Assembly: GCF_018977255.1 (NCBI RefSeq)
Contig: NW_024704742.1
Coordinates: 90,646,001 to 90,706,000 of the forward strand
Origin: Callorhinchus milii
Taxonomy: Eukaryota
DNA length: 60,000 nucleotides
Direction of reading: 5' to 3'
Shown here: positions 1-12,043 of the stretch, piece by piece
How the letters are laid out: every line of letters begins with the position of its first letter
How positions within the stretch are numbered: the first letter of the stretch is position 1
Translations under genes and position numbers: made by a program
The notes under the pieces: model-generated
Databases searched by the model: none
Told to the model about the DNA's origin: nothing
What the model saw: the letters and a program-made list of their open reading frames with translations, nothing else

Positions 1-1773
1 CACGTGACGCTGTACCCGAGGAAGAGTTGTTGCCTTCAGAAGACAAGAAAATGGATGAAAATATATCTTTTTAAAAAATCACAAAACAAAAACATATATG
101 GAATTTCTAGAATGTTCAAGTCTCAGACTCACTTTTGAGAGCAGTGCAATTCCGATTACATGCAACAGAACTGAAGAAATCCAGATAGGAATCGGTCATA
201 TCTGGAGTATTTAAAGCGGGGAAAAAAAAACACATATTTCTTGATGAAAAACTTTGAAGAGTGTTGAGCACCTCTTCCAATTTCCATAATTAGTTCACCA
301 AAAATAGTCATGCTATCTGAAGGACAATATTTTTTCCTGACAACCGTCTATTAGAATCTTTCTTTTTTTTAAACTATTGTATTGATTTAATGCTGCAAAG
401 TGAGGAATCATCTTAACAAATGAGTCAAATGCAAGTCATCTGACATAAAACACAAACTGTGATGTTATCGTTACTGCCCTTGTTATAAATCCAGTATTTA
501 CATCTAAACGTAGCATAGCAAAATGGATGGAATACCATTCGGCCCTGATCTGATCTCATCCCTCAAGAATAATCTGAGCAGCCCTGGGACAGCTCTTGGA
601 TTTTAAAAAAGCTGAAGCAGGGAACAATGGGAACACACAGGAGGAGGAAACAAACTACTCAATAACAATGGGTTTCTTTTTTTTCTGTATTTTGCTGAAA
701 ATTAAGAATACACATATATATATATACATATAAAGAATAGGGTGAAAGACCTAAAGCTATTTATAGGCCCCTCCAAGTAATATTGTTCATGTGTACTAGA
801 TAAATGGGAATAAGGGAGTATATTTGAGGCTTTCAAAAAAAAACTGCATACTTATAGAAGATAACCCCATACTCAATCACTCTGCCCCACCTACACAGCC
901 ACAATATGCCACACAAAAAAATCACACTGACCCACACATCATACATCCATAGATCCACGCTTCAGTTACATTGGATTTCTATCCCTACGTATTTAGACAA
1001 TTACCCTTTCCTTAGCAAGTCTAGGCAACACATGGTAAGGTAGCTGAAATAGTTGAGACATTTGCAAAGTTACAGTACATCTGGAACTTTATCCTTTCTG
1101 TGCGGTGCACAACTTTTACTATCAAAATAGTGCATTGTAATTATGTCTTTAATTCCTTTTTGTATATGTTGCGCAATAATTTAAGAGTAAGAAAATGAGT
1201 GGGGGTAACAGACAAAAAGATGCACAATCAGCAAGGAACAAAGAGATAGAAAGTTAGAGCGACTCAGAAATAAAAACATTCGGACAGAGAATAGTGTAAG
1301 ACTATAGTGGCAATATACCTCCTCATAAAATAATTTTTGGAATGTTTTTGTTTTGTATGTATTTGGTATGATGATTATTTATTTGCAGTTTCCTTCTTAA
1401 TTAGTGCATCTCTTAATTACTGATCTGGCCTAACCCCATACTCTTTTCTTCTCCTATTAACAATTCTCATTATTTCTTAAATTAATAGCAAAAGTTAAAA
1501 TTATAAATAGTATCAAGTGTTGATCTTAGTACAAGCACATTAAAAAATCAATCCTGGGCAACCCTGCTAGAACTCAGTAGTCTGGATCCATAAACTCAGA
1601 CCTCCCGCACCTCCCAAAAGCACAAAATAAAGGAAGTGTGCACATCAAAGTTTGAGGGTACAGAGCTTTTTTCTATTGTTGCAGAGCTCAAGAATCTGCA
1701 CAAAATGTAAACAGGGCAACTTCCACATCACTTTGAGACTCAGGCTCTGTAATATAAATGCAGGATGAAATAC

Positions 1774-1953
1774 CTTGCGTCTTCTTTGAATTTGATGATT
1801 GATACTCCACTCCAAATCTTCGTTACTTCCGCCAATCCGTTCAGTTAGCCTTTCAGTTGCCGCTTTAATAAGTTTCCCTTTCAACAACTTTATCTCTGTT
1901 TTCTGAGTGGCAACCAGGCTTTCCAACTCACTGCAGGAATTGCGCCTCATCCG
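1774..1953 (-). CDS. CNTLN: Centlein coding exon, 180 bp (RMRRNSCSELESLVATQKTEIKLLKGKL...QRRRK); gene continues outside the window
   Basis: ttttgtttgaacag| acceptor, |gtattt donor, phase 0. LE.L..[ST]QK[ST]EI..L..KL resembles centlein. Confidence 0.85.
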
Positions 1954-2326
1954 CTGTTCAAACAAAAGAAAACAACTTCACCGAACACGTTATACCAAGT
2001 ATTTTAATATGCTTATTTTTAAAAGCAGCCAAACATTTTTTTAAATGAAATCTCATCACCTTTCTAAAGAATTATAATCCAATTTGCATTATAAATCAAG
2101 AACTCTGTTTCTTCCCATAAATAAAACCTATAATGCTAAGGCAGATTAATTGTCATGTTTGTCTATAATAACAGCCTTCACTTCATTTATAATCATTTAT
2201 ACTTTGTAAAGCAGTAAATGACTAAGGATAAATTTCTAAATCCAAACTGAGTACAATATCACGCTCCTAGGCACTATCCTGTATGAAGGCCGCTATATAA
2301 ATACAAGTTTCTGTTGATATTTAAAG

Positions 2327-2640
2327 TAATAATAATCCTAGCATTTGGTATAGCGCTTTTCACGTCAGGAGGACATCCCAAAGCGCTTCACAGAACATAC
2401 TGTAAAGTGAATTGACTGCATATTTGTGGGCGAACGCGGCAGCCAATTGCACACAGCAATGTCCCACAAACAGTCGTAGATTGAAAATGACCAATTTATT
2501 ATTGTTTTGGTTTTGGAGGGATTATTATTAGGCTCTGTGTGGAGTAAGGAAACTTGCCCAAGGTTTCGCCCTCTGCCTGGAATTGAACTCAGGTCTCTCA
2601 CTTGCAAAGCGAGTGCTCTAAACACTGAGCTACAGGACTC
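2327..2640 (-). mobile_element. Full-length SINE, same subfamily as 40519-40838
   Basis: Reverse complement aligns end to end with the 40.5 kb copy, roughly 95% identical by eye. Confidence 0.92.
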
Positions 2641-2832
2641 ATAAGCAGTGTAACCTTTTTTTTAAAATATGGGCCTAGGCCTGCAACTCTCTCCACATGC
2701 ATGCATTGGTTGCCATTCTGTACCTAAGTTCCCCACCTCTCTGAGCTCCATTTTATGCTTCACTACTTTTCGTTTATTTTTCTTTTTTCTCCTCCCCTTT
2801 GTTTTCTATTTCTCCAAATTAATTTTAACTCA

Positions 2833-3010
2833 AAAACAGAAGTCATTGGGAACACTCAGCAGGTCTGGACTGGGTTCTGACGAAGAGTCATGCATCCGCA
2901 ACGTTGACTCACTTTCCTTTCTCCATAGATGCTGCCAGACCTGCTGAGTGTTCCCAGTGACTTCTGTTTTTGTTTTCAGATTTCCAGCATCTGCAGTGTT
3001 TTTCATTTTG
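2833..3010 (+). mobile_element. Penelope-like element remnant (inverted truncated pseudo-LTR + pseudo-LTR + tail) with 14-bp target-site duplication
   Basis: 37-bp inverted arms 2832-2868 and 2935-2971 (1 mismatch), direct repeat TTAATTTTAACTCA at 2819-2832 and 3011-3024, hammerhead-like core inside. Confidence 0.7.
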
Positions 3011-6000
3011 TTAATTTTAACTCATTGCTTGTGTGATACTGATAGCAGAGATTAGCTGCTGTATTTGCCTGCATAACAAAATTATATACAATTTTATCAA
3101 TTATTTCCATAATTCCTCATTGTGTTATTTAGGTTTTGTCTGCTTTATATTTTAGGTGAGTGTAAAGGAACCACCCTACGATTACTGTTACAAAGAAACA
3201 TGGAGTCTTTCTCCAGTTATCCTGGTTTATATTCTCTTCCTAAGCTAAATTAACCCCTATCTATACATTAATAGGCTTCTCATCTCATAGTTTAAGAGAT
3301 TACCAAGTGAGATTGGTTGTCTTGTTTGACCATACACTTAATTTTTATTCAATTATATTTTGTAAAGAATATAGTTAAACTAAGTGAAAGGCACTTTATA
3401 AATGCAAGTTATATAAACATCAATGCAATATATCTTATTTATGAAGTTAAGTGTCATTCCAGTTTATGCCTAACCTATGTAGGTAAAAGTTGACTTTCTG
3501 AGCAATTAAAATGGGCACAATTGTGCAATACTCATTTGTTTCTGGGGCATTACTTAATTCAAAATCTCAACCTGAAATGGAAATACAAAAATCATCCATG
3601 ACCAGCAAGTGTGACAATTTAAAAATGCAAAACCTAAGTAACACCAAATAAAATAATGTTTAACGAACAAGTTCAAGAAGTTTTTTTTAAAGAAAAAAAG
3701 ATAATTTGCCATAGGAGAAAAGAAGTCTATCCAAAACAAGATACACATTCACCAACAGGCAACAAAACTAACAGCTCAGTTAACAGTGAACATTCTGCCT
3801 TTATTTGGATACAGATGTTCAGCTAATTTTCTTTGACACTAAATATATGCAGAAATTTCAAAAACAGGAATCACTTTAAAAAGTCAAGTTAAATCCTTTA
3901 TTATTTCAGCTGTCGTTCTCCAAGGGATTGCATCTCAAATTTCTTACACCAAAAACGTTATTTCATGTCACACAGGTGCACAATTGCTATATACAAAAGA
4001 AGATATAAGTAAGATGTAAGATATTGAAAACATTTTGAAAAACAGGATCTGTATTAGAAACTAGAGATAGCTTGTATTGCTTCAAAATATCCAGTTTACC
4101 ACACATCTGTGATCAAACGCTTTCTTTTTTTAAAATTGTGCCCACTGATCCAGGAGTTAACACATTTTCACATCTGATGAGATCATTTACTTCTCCACTC
4201 CAACAATGTTCACTGCAAAATGCCAGTCACTTCTGTTATTTGTTCTCACACTTGCTGAGTTCTTGCTTTCTCTCGTCATCCACATTTTCTGAATCGTAAC
4301 GGAGTCAATTCTATGAATGGCTGTGTACAATACCCACTGGGACAAGCATACAGATTGACCATATTTAGAAATACTTTTTTTGTCAACATACAAATGTTTT
4401 ATCACATCATATTCATTTTAAAATGACAGTGAGTTAGTTATGATGCTTCTGAAATCAATTCAGAGAGAAAAAAATATCTGAGGTTGGTAACTCACATACA
4501 TAAAATTCAAGTTATCCCTTATGAAATTAAAACTGATATTTTACAGTGGTACATGTCACCATTATTTACTCTGTAAATAGACAGCATCCATTTTGTCTGT
4601 CGACATGGACTTGATTTTAGATTGCAAAGAATGGAAGCTCTGTCCTTTCACTCCACATATCACAATCTTCTCACAACTGTGAACACTGTAAGCAAATCTA
4701 CTCAAACAAGAGAACTCCAATACTACAGAAATCAGCTTCACCCTTCAGGGCCATACAAAAATTAAACTGGAGAATGCCAACTCATTTATTATACAAACTG
4801 CAAAATATTGCCTCTATTACAAATGGGTGCAGAAAAATGCTGATGAACATTGAACTGCAGTCTTCTGGGTATTCTGAGATTAAGAATTCTTGGCCAGCAA
4901 AGTAGGAATTCACTTTTGCACATTTGCAAAAAGGTAAATAGCAAAAGAAAATACCACTGCCTCCAGCAATCTGCTCAAATATTTGCCACAAAGTTCAATA
5001 GACAATTTTACAAGAGATGAGCTAAAAATAAATTGTTCCACGCAATAGCATTACAATGTCAATGGCAAATAGAGCAGCGTCTTTGCTTGTGAAACGAAAG
5101 GAACCAAAAATGTAAGTGTCCCATACCCGCTCAGATAATGCGCAACGTTTCCGAGTACACAAGTTCCTCAGTCACACGGGGCCTATTCCCCAATATACGT
5201 TAGCACCTCAGTCATATTTAAAAAAAGCTAATGCTTACTCTTCAATATGCTAACTATGCATTCCATAATAGTCGATAATTATTAAGAACTGACAAGAAAG
5301 CTCAGCCACCTGTGCTTATCTGAAGCCAGGTAATGAAAAAAACAACAAAGCTTTTATCTCCCCTCAATTGCTGATTGTATTATCAAAACTGTAGCAGAGG
5401 TTGGCATCTGGGTGTGACCTTGTTAACTGCTAGGGTAATTAAGTTTGTCCAATAGGGAAACAGGATGATAAATTATTAGTAAGAAGATTTTGTTCACATT
5501 TTATTAAATTGGCCTGTCAAAGGGTCGGCTATATTATCAAGGGTCTCATTTATTGGAGGCCAGCCATATTGCCACATCTGTTACAATTATTTATAATTTC
5601 AGCAGTTGAAACCAACTGAGTTAGGCATCCGCCATGTAAAGTAATTTACAAATTATCTGATGAGGGAGTGTTTTAGCTTTTTCTCATTTCTATCCTGCAG
5701 AAAGTGGTGCTGTAATTACAGAACACGATTAGGTTCTTTTGGGAACTTATCTTGCACTCGTAGTTGTAGTAAGATGCAGCAAGAACATATGGAGGAGCTG
5801 GTGCTTCTACTCCCTGAAGCTCATGACCCGTCTGCCGCTGAGCCCTTGAGCTGAATTTGAATGAGAGTGCCATGGTTAATGTTCTACACATGCACCGTTT
5901 ATGCCACAAAACAAATCTGATCACTGTTAATTATGAAGCAACTATAATCAGGGCTTCACATCTGTGTAATGTGAAGCTCAGTAGGCTATATTCCAATAAT

Positions 6001-8908
6001 GTATGACTACCTTTGGGTCATAAATTGCAAGCCATATTGTCTTGATAGTATTTACTGAATTTAAAGTAACTCCTTTGACAGAAGCCTATCACAAGGACAT
6101 CTTTTTTCCTGGTTTTATTATACTGTTTTTTTTATCAGCTATTGACCAGAACATTTAAAGCATATGGCATGCATTCATTAAAGAGCTGCAGCACTGTGTG
6201 CTCGAGTCTAATGAAACCACTTGAGCCATAAAAATCAGATTTAGTTAATTCAGATTTTATTCATCTATTTGAAACGCTGGACTGTAACATATTGTCTTGG
6301 GTTCTACTGATGAGACAGAGCAGTATGTGGAACACAAAATACATCGGTCCTCTGCAAATACATTTTCCCCTCAACACGACTATCAACTCTGCAGTTTGCA
6401 AAACAGGAAGGGGAAAAAAATTCTAGTACCATTCCAATGGCAGTTTATTAAAAAAAAGTAACAAAACACAGAGCCTGTTAGCAAAATGCATTGTGCCTTT
6501 TCAATATGGAATCCTACTAATCCAAACTACTCTGTCGGAAAGAATATCAGTTTCTGTGTATTTAATATTATTTCAAACCAATTTAAAATTACACTTTTTG
6601 AAGTTCATAGCAATAAACAGCAGCTCATGAAAAGTATCGTATCTTAATTCTACCTCGAGAGGAATCTTTTTGCCAACCTTCCCTCCCATTCCATCATACA
6701 TTTTTGTTCCACATTACTGCATGTTAGTGGTACCTGTACAAGTCGACTTAGTCAATCAACATGCTTTAAACAAAAGAGTCAGATTTTAAATAAAATTATT
6801 ACAAATAACACCTGCCCAGCCATATAATTTATAAATATAGTAAACAATGGAATTGAAACAGACGACAGCTCGAATATCAGAACTGTCAGGAGTATTATTT
6901 ATCACCAAGAGAGATATAGATTAAAAACCCATTTAAACATGTGAAGCTGTGTTTATTTTTAAGAGTGATGCTTTGATGTTTAGTTTTTAACACGAAGCTA
7001 TCATGATAACATGTAGTCCTAGAGTGCTACCATGTAAAATCCATGTATCTTGGAGTTCTGAACTAATACCACTAGGTGACACTTAACGGTAAAATAAAAC
7101 ATGACAGCGCTTCAAGTCTATCAGACTTCAAACATATCCCAATCCCACAATTGGACCATAAACTATGTTAGTTTTTATCTCCTTTGGATGATGTAACTAT
7201 TATTCTGCTGCAATTAACTGACAATTATGCATGCACCATCAAATTTATGATGGCATTTCAATATTGATAAACATTTGCAAAACGACAATGCTATCATTAT
7301 TCTGACTTTCCAAATTATAAGTCAACATTAAAAGAACAATTATTCTTTAATGGTGGCCAATAGCAATCCATTTCGACACTCACTTAATTTTCAATCTGAA
7401 TTTGAAACCTGTAACCAATTCTTTAAACACATGTAAAGTCAGCATTATGAATTGCATTCAATGTACGCATTTTGATTTTGTTTTTAAATCTTGTACCGGG
7501 GAAAATTATGGATGGCGATAATTAATCCACTGGCATGTAGAGCAATTTCAAACGTTAAACTTCCAACAGCCCTTAGCATTCTGCAAGTACCAGGATCACA
7601 GTCACAATGCTAAGATTTTTTTAAAAAATTACAAACATGTCAATTGCTGAACATTATTTTCTCATTCGAACAGCTTCATAAGCAGAAATGTAATAAACAT
7701 AGATTTTGCATCCTCTAAATTATGCACTTAGGGTACCAGATCATATAATGTACACATTGTTTGCGCTCGTGCATTATATGAATAGAGGTTACTTGGAGAA
7801 CCATTTCTTACTCATGAACTCATCATTTTTTTAATTTTTAAACAATTTTCCCTTTTCCTTTTACAACACCCTAGGCTATCTCCCTCTAGCCAGCAGAGTG
7901 ATCAAACAACCTGGAAAGTCCTCCATAGACATCAATGAATGCAGTGCAACGCCACAGGTTAGATGGCAGGAAGTGCACTTTCTGTCAGGTCTCCCTGCCT
8001 CCAACACAAACTTGCATCCTGGTGGAGAACTGATTATATTTCATACATGAATGGTCGACAGGTGAGAGTGTCGACCTCTACTGGGGCTTAACCACAAGAT
8101 GCAATTCTAACCACCGGCAGATTTAGAATTATTAGTGTACTGTCAAGTTGAAATAGAATTTCAAATTAGATTAGAATACATTTGTCCTGTATGATACTAT
8201 GAATTAGTAATTGGAAGTCTATTGGACTATAATGTAGCTGAAGAACCAATACATATTGATATCACCTTTGATGTCAGCAGGTTAAAAAAAGTAAGAATAA
8301 CTAACCACTCATTGAATATGTTCAGTAAACACAATAAGTTATAGAAAAAACATATAAATAAAAATAAAGCATTTTCAAAAGGAATTTATGAGCATCATAG
8401 TGGTTTAATTAACAAATTACTACACTACCAATTCCTGAGCTTTTCAAAATTGTAGAATACTGTATTTTTGCTTGGTACTTTCACATCGATCTTTCAACAA
8501 CCATTAAAATATTTATGGAAGACACATTTATGATTTAAACATAATCCACCAAAAGGTGATCTCTTATCATTCAGAAGGTCAATTGAATAGTATGTTATGG
8601 GCATCTGAACTCTACAACCAATCTGTTTTATTTTCTCTTTGCAAGTCAAATAGGCAGCTATGTATTTTTACTTGTGATCACAATACTGCCTGGATGTACT
8701 ATAGTTCAAAAAAGTAGACAAATATTATCAGAAATCACATAACAATGTAACATGTCATTCCAAAATAACTCAGATTTATGGAACTTTTCAATTTTGCTTT
8801 CATAGTAAGATGTTATTCCTGGATAGACAAAATATCATGATAGAATTCTCTTCCCCATCTCAGCATGATCAAATGTAATGACATTTTTGTTTATACTCAA
8901 TACTTTAC

Positions 8909-9103
8909 CTGCTCTACATTCTTAGCAGTGGTTTCGTAAAGTGTAGATTGTGTAGATTCAAGGTTTTCCTGACGTTTTTCAAGAAGCTGCCTTATCTGTT
9001 GGTCTTTTTGATGTAGCAGAGCTGTCAGGGAAAGTTGACTTTGACGAAGTCGAGCCTCACTGGATTTCAAGGCATCGTATTGCACGTTCAGCTCATTGTA
9101 CAG
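8909..9103 (-). CDS. CNTLN: Centlein coding exon, 195 bp (LYNELNVQYDALKSSEARLRQ...TTAKNVEQ)
   Basis: ttttacgttag| acceptor, |gtaaag donor, phase 0, LYNEL...KS.EA.LRQS motif. Confidence 0.92.
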
Positions 9104-11880
9104 CTAACGTAAAATATATAGTTTTAGTGTAGAAGATAAATACAGAAACATTTGAATGCTATTAAAAATACATCAATGCAAAGGGGAAAAAAATCAGCAA
9201 ACTATCTGGATCTTACTCATACTTCAAGCTGAGGCACCGTGCACACATTACAGGTGCAAGCTTAAATTATGCCATGTTCCCAGGTAAAAGACATGAAGGA
9301 TATCTTCCTTAAATACATTCTGTCATCAGCCACTTGGTACAAAGAATATACTGTGACAATAAATCTTAGTTTATTTAGACTCACAGATTGAAGTTAAGGA
9401 AAGGGGCAAGTATGGTATTGATGTGATGACAAGATGAGGGATCAGTATGCAAAGGATGCCTTAATTCAAAGAATGTAGGTGCCAGCCAGGAAGATAATTT
9501 TTCCTCCTCCTAATTCTCAGTATCCACTGAAGACAGACCTAGCAATTCATTGGGAAGAAGTGAAAGAAGCCCCTTGAGCAAGAGCTAAAACTCCAGCTGC
9601 TTGGTGAGACCAGCCAAAATGCGAATTATTTGCATGATAGATCTAAACAGTTCTGCTTCATAAGGTATGCAGATTACTTCATGTAGTAGCTTTGCATATA
9701 GTTTCAATTGAAACATACTTGAAATTTGCCAAATAGACTAGATCTATTGGGGTGCCCTTTGACTGAAACAAAGGTTTCCTATCAGCAAGTTTACAGCAAC
9801 AGAGAATGAATTTCATCATCTGTTAAGCAAGTTAACACAGGGACACAAGGCCGCCAAAGAACTTCTCAAACAACCCAGATAAAAGGCTTCAAAATGTCAG
9901 TAAAATAACATTCCAATCCTGATGGCATGAAAAGTAAAATAAAAAGATGGAATGATGTGAACTCGCTTTCTGTAGTAACCTGGAATTGAATGAATTCAAA
10001 TGAGAAATGTTCAATCACTGACTCAAATTAAATAGGACTGTTGGACAATCCGTGCCTGAAACTAAGAAGCACCAGAATTGTTTTCCAGGATAAAAATATT
10101 AACTTGTAAGCCTAAGGCACTGAAGAGGAGGATACATTAGCCTATGAAGATTACATTCAAGTCCCTTAGAAATACTGATAAGCTTGAAGATTATTCAATT
10201 TTCACCTGAAAGTACAAGGACCTGGTTCTGGAAAATACAAGGACCTGCTCCCTTGGCTGTTTCTCGAAAATAAGTTAATTGACTAATTACATGCAAGCAC
10301 TGCATCAATTAGATGGGCTGCAACAACAGAAGGGCACTTTATGAGCAATGGAGTATTTTGCACTGGTCACGAGCTAACCTCACCTCAAGCAACAAAGGTG
10401 AGAACTTTCTGTGGCATGATGAAAGTAAGAATCCTTTATCTTAGAGAGCAAGTCTGAATAATACGATGCAGCGTACATAATGCCCTTGCCACAATCCCAC
10501 AAATACAACTGGGAATTTGTTTCAAGGCTGTTGGTAAAACCAGTATACTTTTTGTGAACCAAACAATACTGTGAATAAAATCAGCTTCACTCTTGATTGA
10601 CAGAAACACATGGTATAACTGCCAAAGACAGCACATTGCTGATCTCAGCTGCAAACAGTGGCAACAGCTCAGGGTTTTCCAAATCATGTGATCAGACAAT
10701 CCCTCTGAATTAGATTCAAAATGTGACTGTAACCTCTGCTAACTGATCAAGGGAAATGAGCACCTAATATTGTTTTGTTCACTTTGCTGCAAAAATAAGA
10801 TGGTGTACACCCCACCACCACAATAAAATTTGAACCCTGGGTGAAGGTGACAGAAATCACTGCTGAAATGGTTGAGGGCAGTGGTATAAAGGTACACAGG
10901 GATGACAAAGAGCCCCCGTTGAAGTGGTCTTGGGTGACGTTGCCACCTTTGCTCTTCTGACCAAATGTCTGTCAGGCATCATGTCATGGATGAGCCTCAT
11001 CTTCCTTCAGGTAAATGTCAACTAAAACTTAAGCCATCTTGTTCCCTACTAAGTTGCCTCCTTCAACTCTTTTCTCCTTCATGTAACTATCACTCTTGGT
11101 CTATTGTTTTCCGCCACTTTCTCCATCCCGCCAATGGTGACCGAGGTTTCAGTCACTACCCTATGGAAATCTTTTTAAAAACCTAATCTAACCTCCTCTC
11201 CCGACCTTCAATAGAAAGTTTGAATGAATTTTTGGTCAACATCCTTAATTCTTCTTTGTTTCTCCATCCTTGGTGTTCCTCATTGTAATTGTTAAGGAAC
11301 ATGAATTTTCATTCTATGTGAAAGACATTGCATAAGTGCAAGCTGTTGTCAAAATGTGACATGGACACAAACACAATATCAAAACTAGGTTGACCTACTT
11401 CTGCAGTGTGAGCATGACACAGAGATCGAAGAACGTACATAATTCTGCATTACTTAAATCTGTTGGTCCAGACAAGCTGGGGCAGCTCTCAAAAAACAAG
11501 TTAGAAAGTAGGGTGGAAATGGAAGTTTTTTTCCACAAAATGAATAGCATTGAACTAAGCGACAGAATTCAAGTGTTCTTTTAAATAGTACATAAAACAG
11601 CATATAGTAGGACTGTATCATTTAAGTGCGTAAGCTCCTATTTTTTCCTTATTTCCACGGCAAACTAAGGTCAACTTCTTGGCCTGAACATGCATGCATC
11701 TTACAGTTTCACTAAACTGACAACAGTTTATTTTAAAAATACCAAGCTTTACAACAAAAGTATCTTAGTTGAAGTGTTAGTTTTACTTTTGAAACAGATT
11801 ACAGTCCTGAGTAACTTTTAGAACTTGGAACCTTAAAACACTTATAACTTTGTTCTTACATTAAGATACACATCACTTAC

Positions 11881-12043
11881 CTTTTGATAAGATTTATTCT
11901 CAGACGTAAGAACATCCTCTTGATTTCGCAGCACTTTCTGTGTGTCCAGGTTGAGTGCCTGAAGCTGCTGGATAAGCTCATTCTGCTGGTTTGCATGCTC
12001 AGTGCTTTCGCTGTACAGATTCTGTAATTCATTCAACTCCTTC
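11881..12043 (-). CDS. CNTLN: Centlein coding exon, 163 bp (KELNELQNLYSESTEHANQQNELIQQLQALNLDTQKVLRNQEDVLTSENKSYQK)
   Basis: tgttcag| acceptor and |gtaagt donor. Strong match to recalled centlein ELIQQLQ.LN.DTQKVLRNQEDV. Confidence 0.95.

Noticed and set aside
133..170. Candidate next CNTLN exon (minus-strand cag|...|gtgagt, 38 bp)
   Set aside because: In phase 0 it reads FCCM-stop and has no similarity to the expected KRSRSLSP region. The next exon is probably outside the window.
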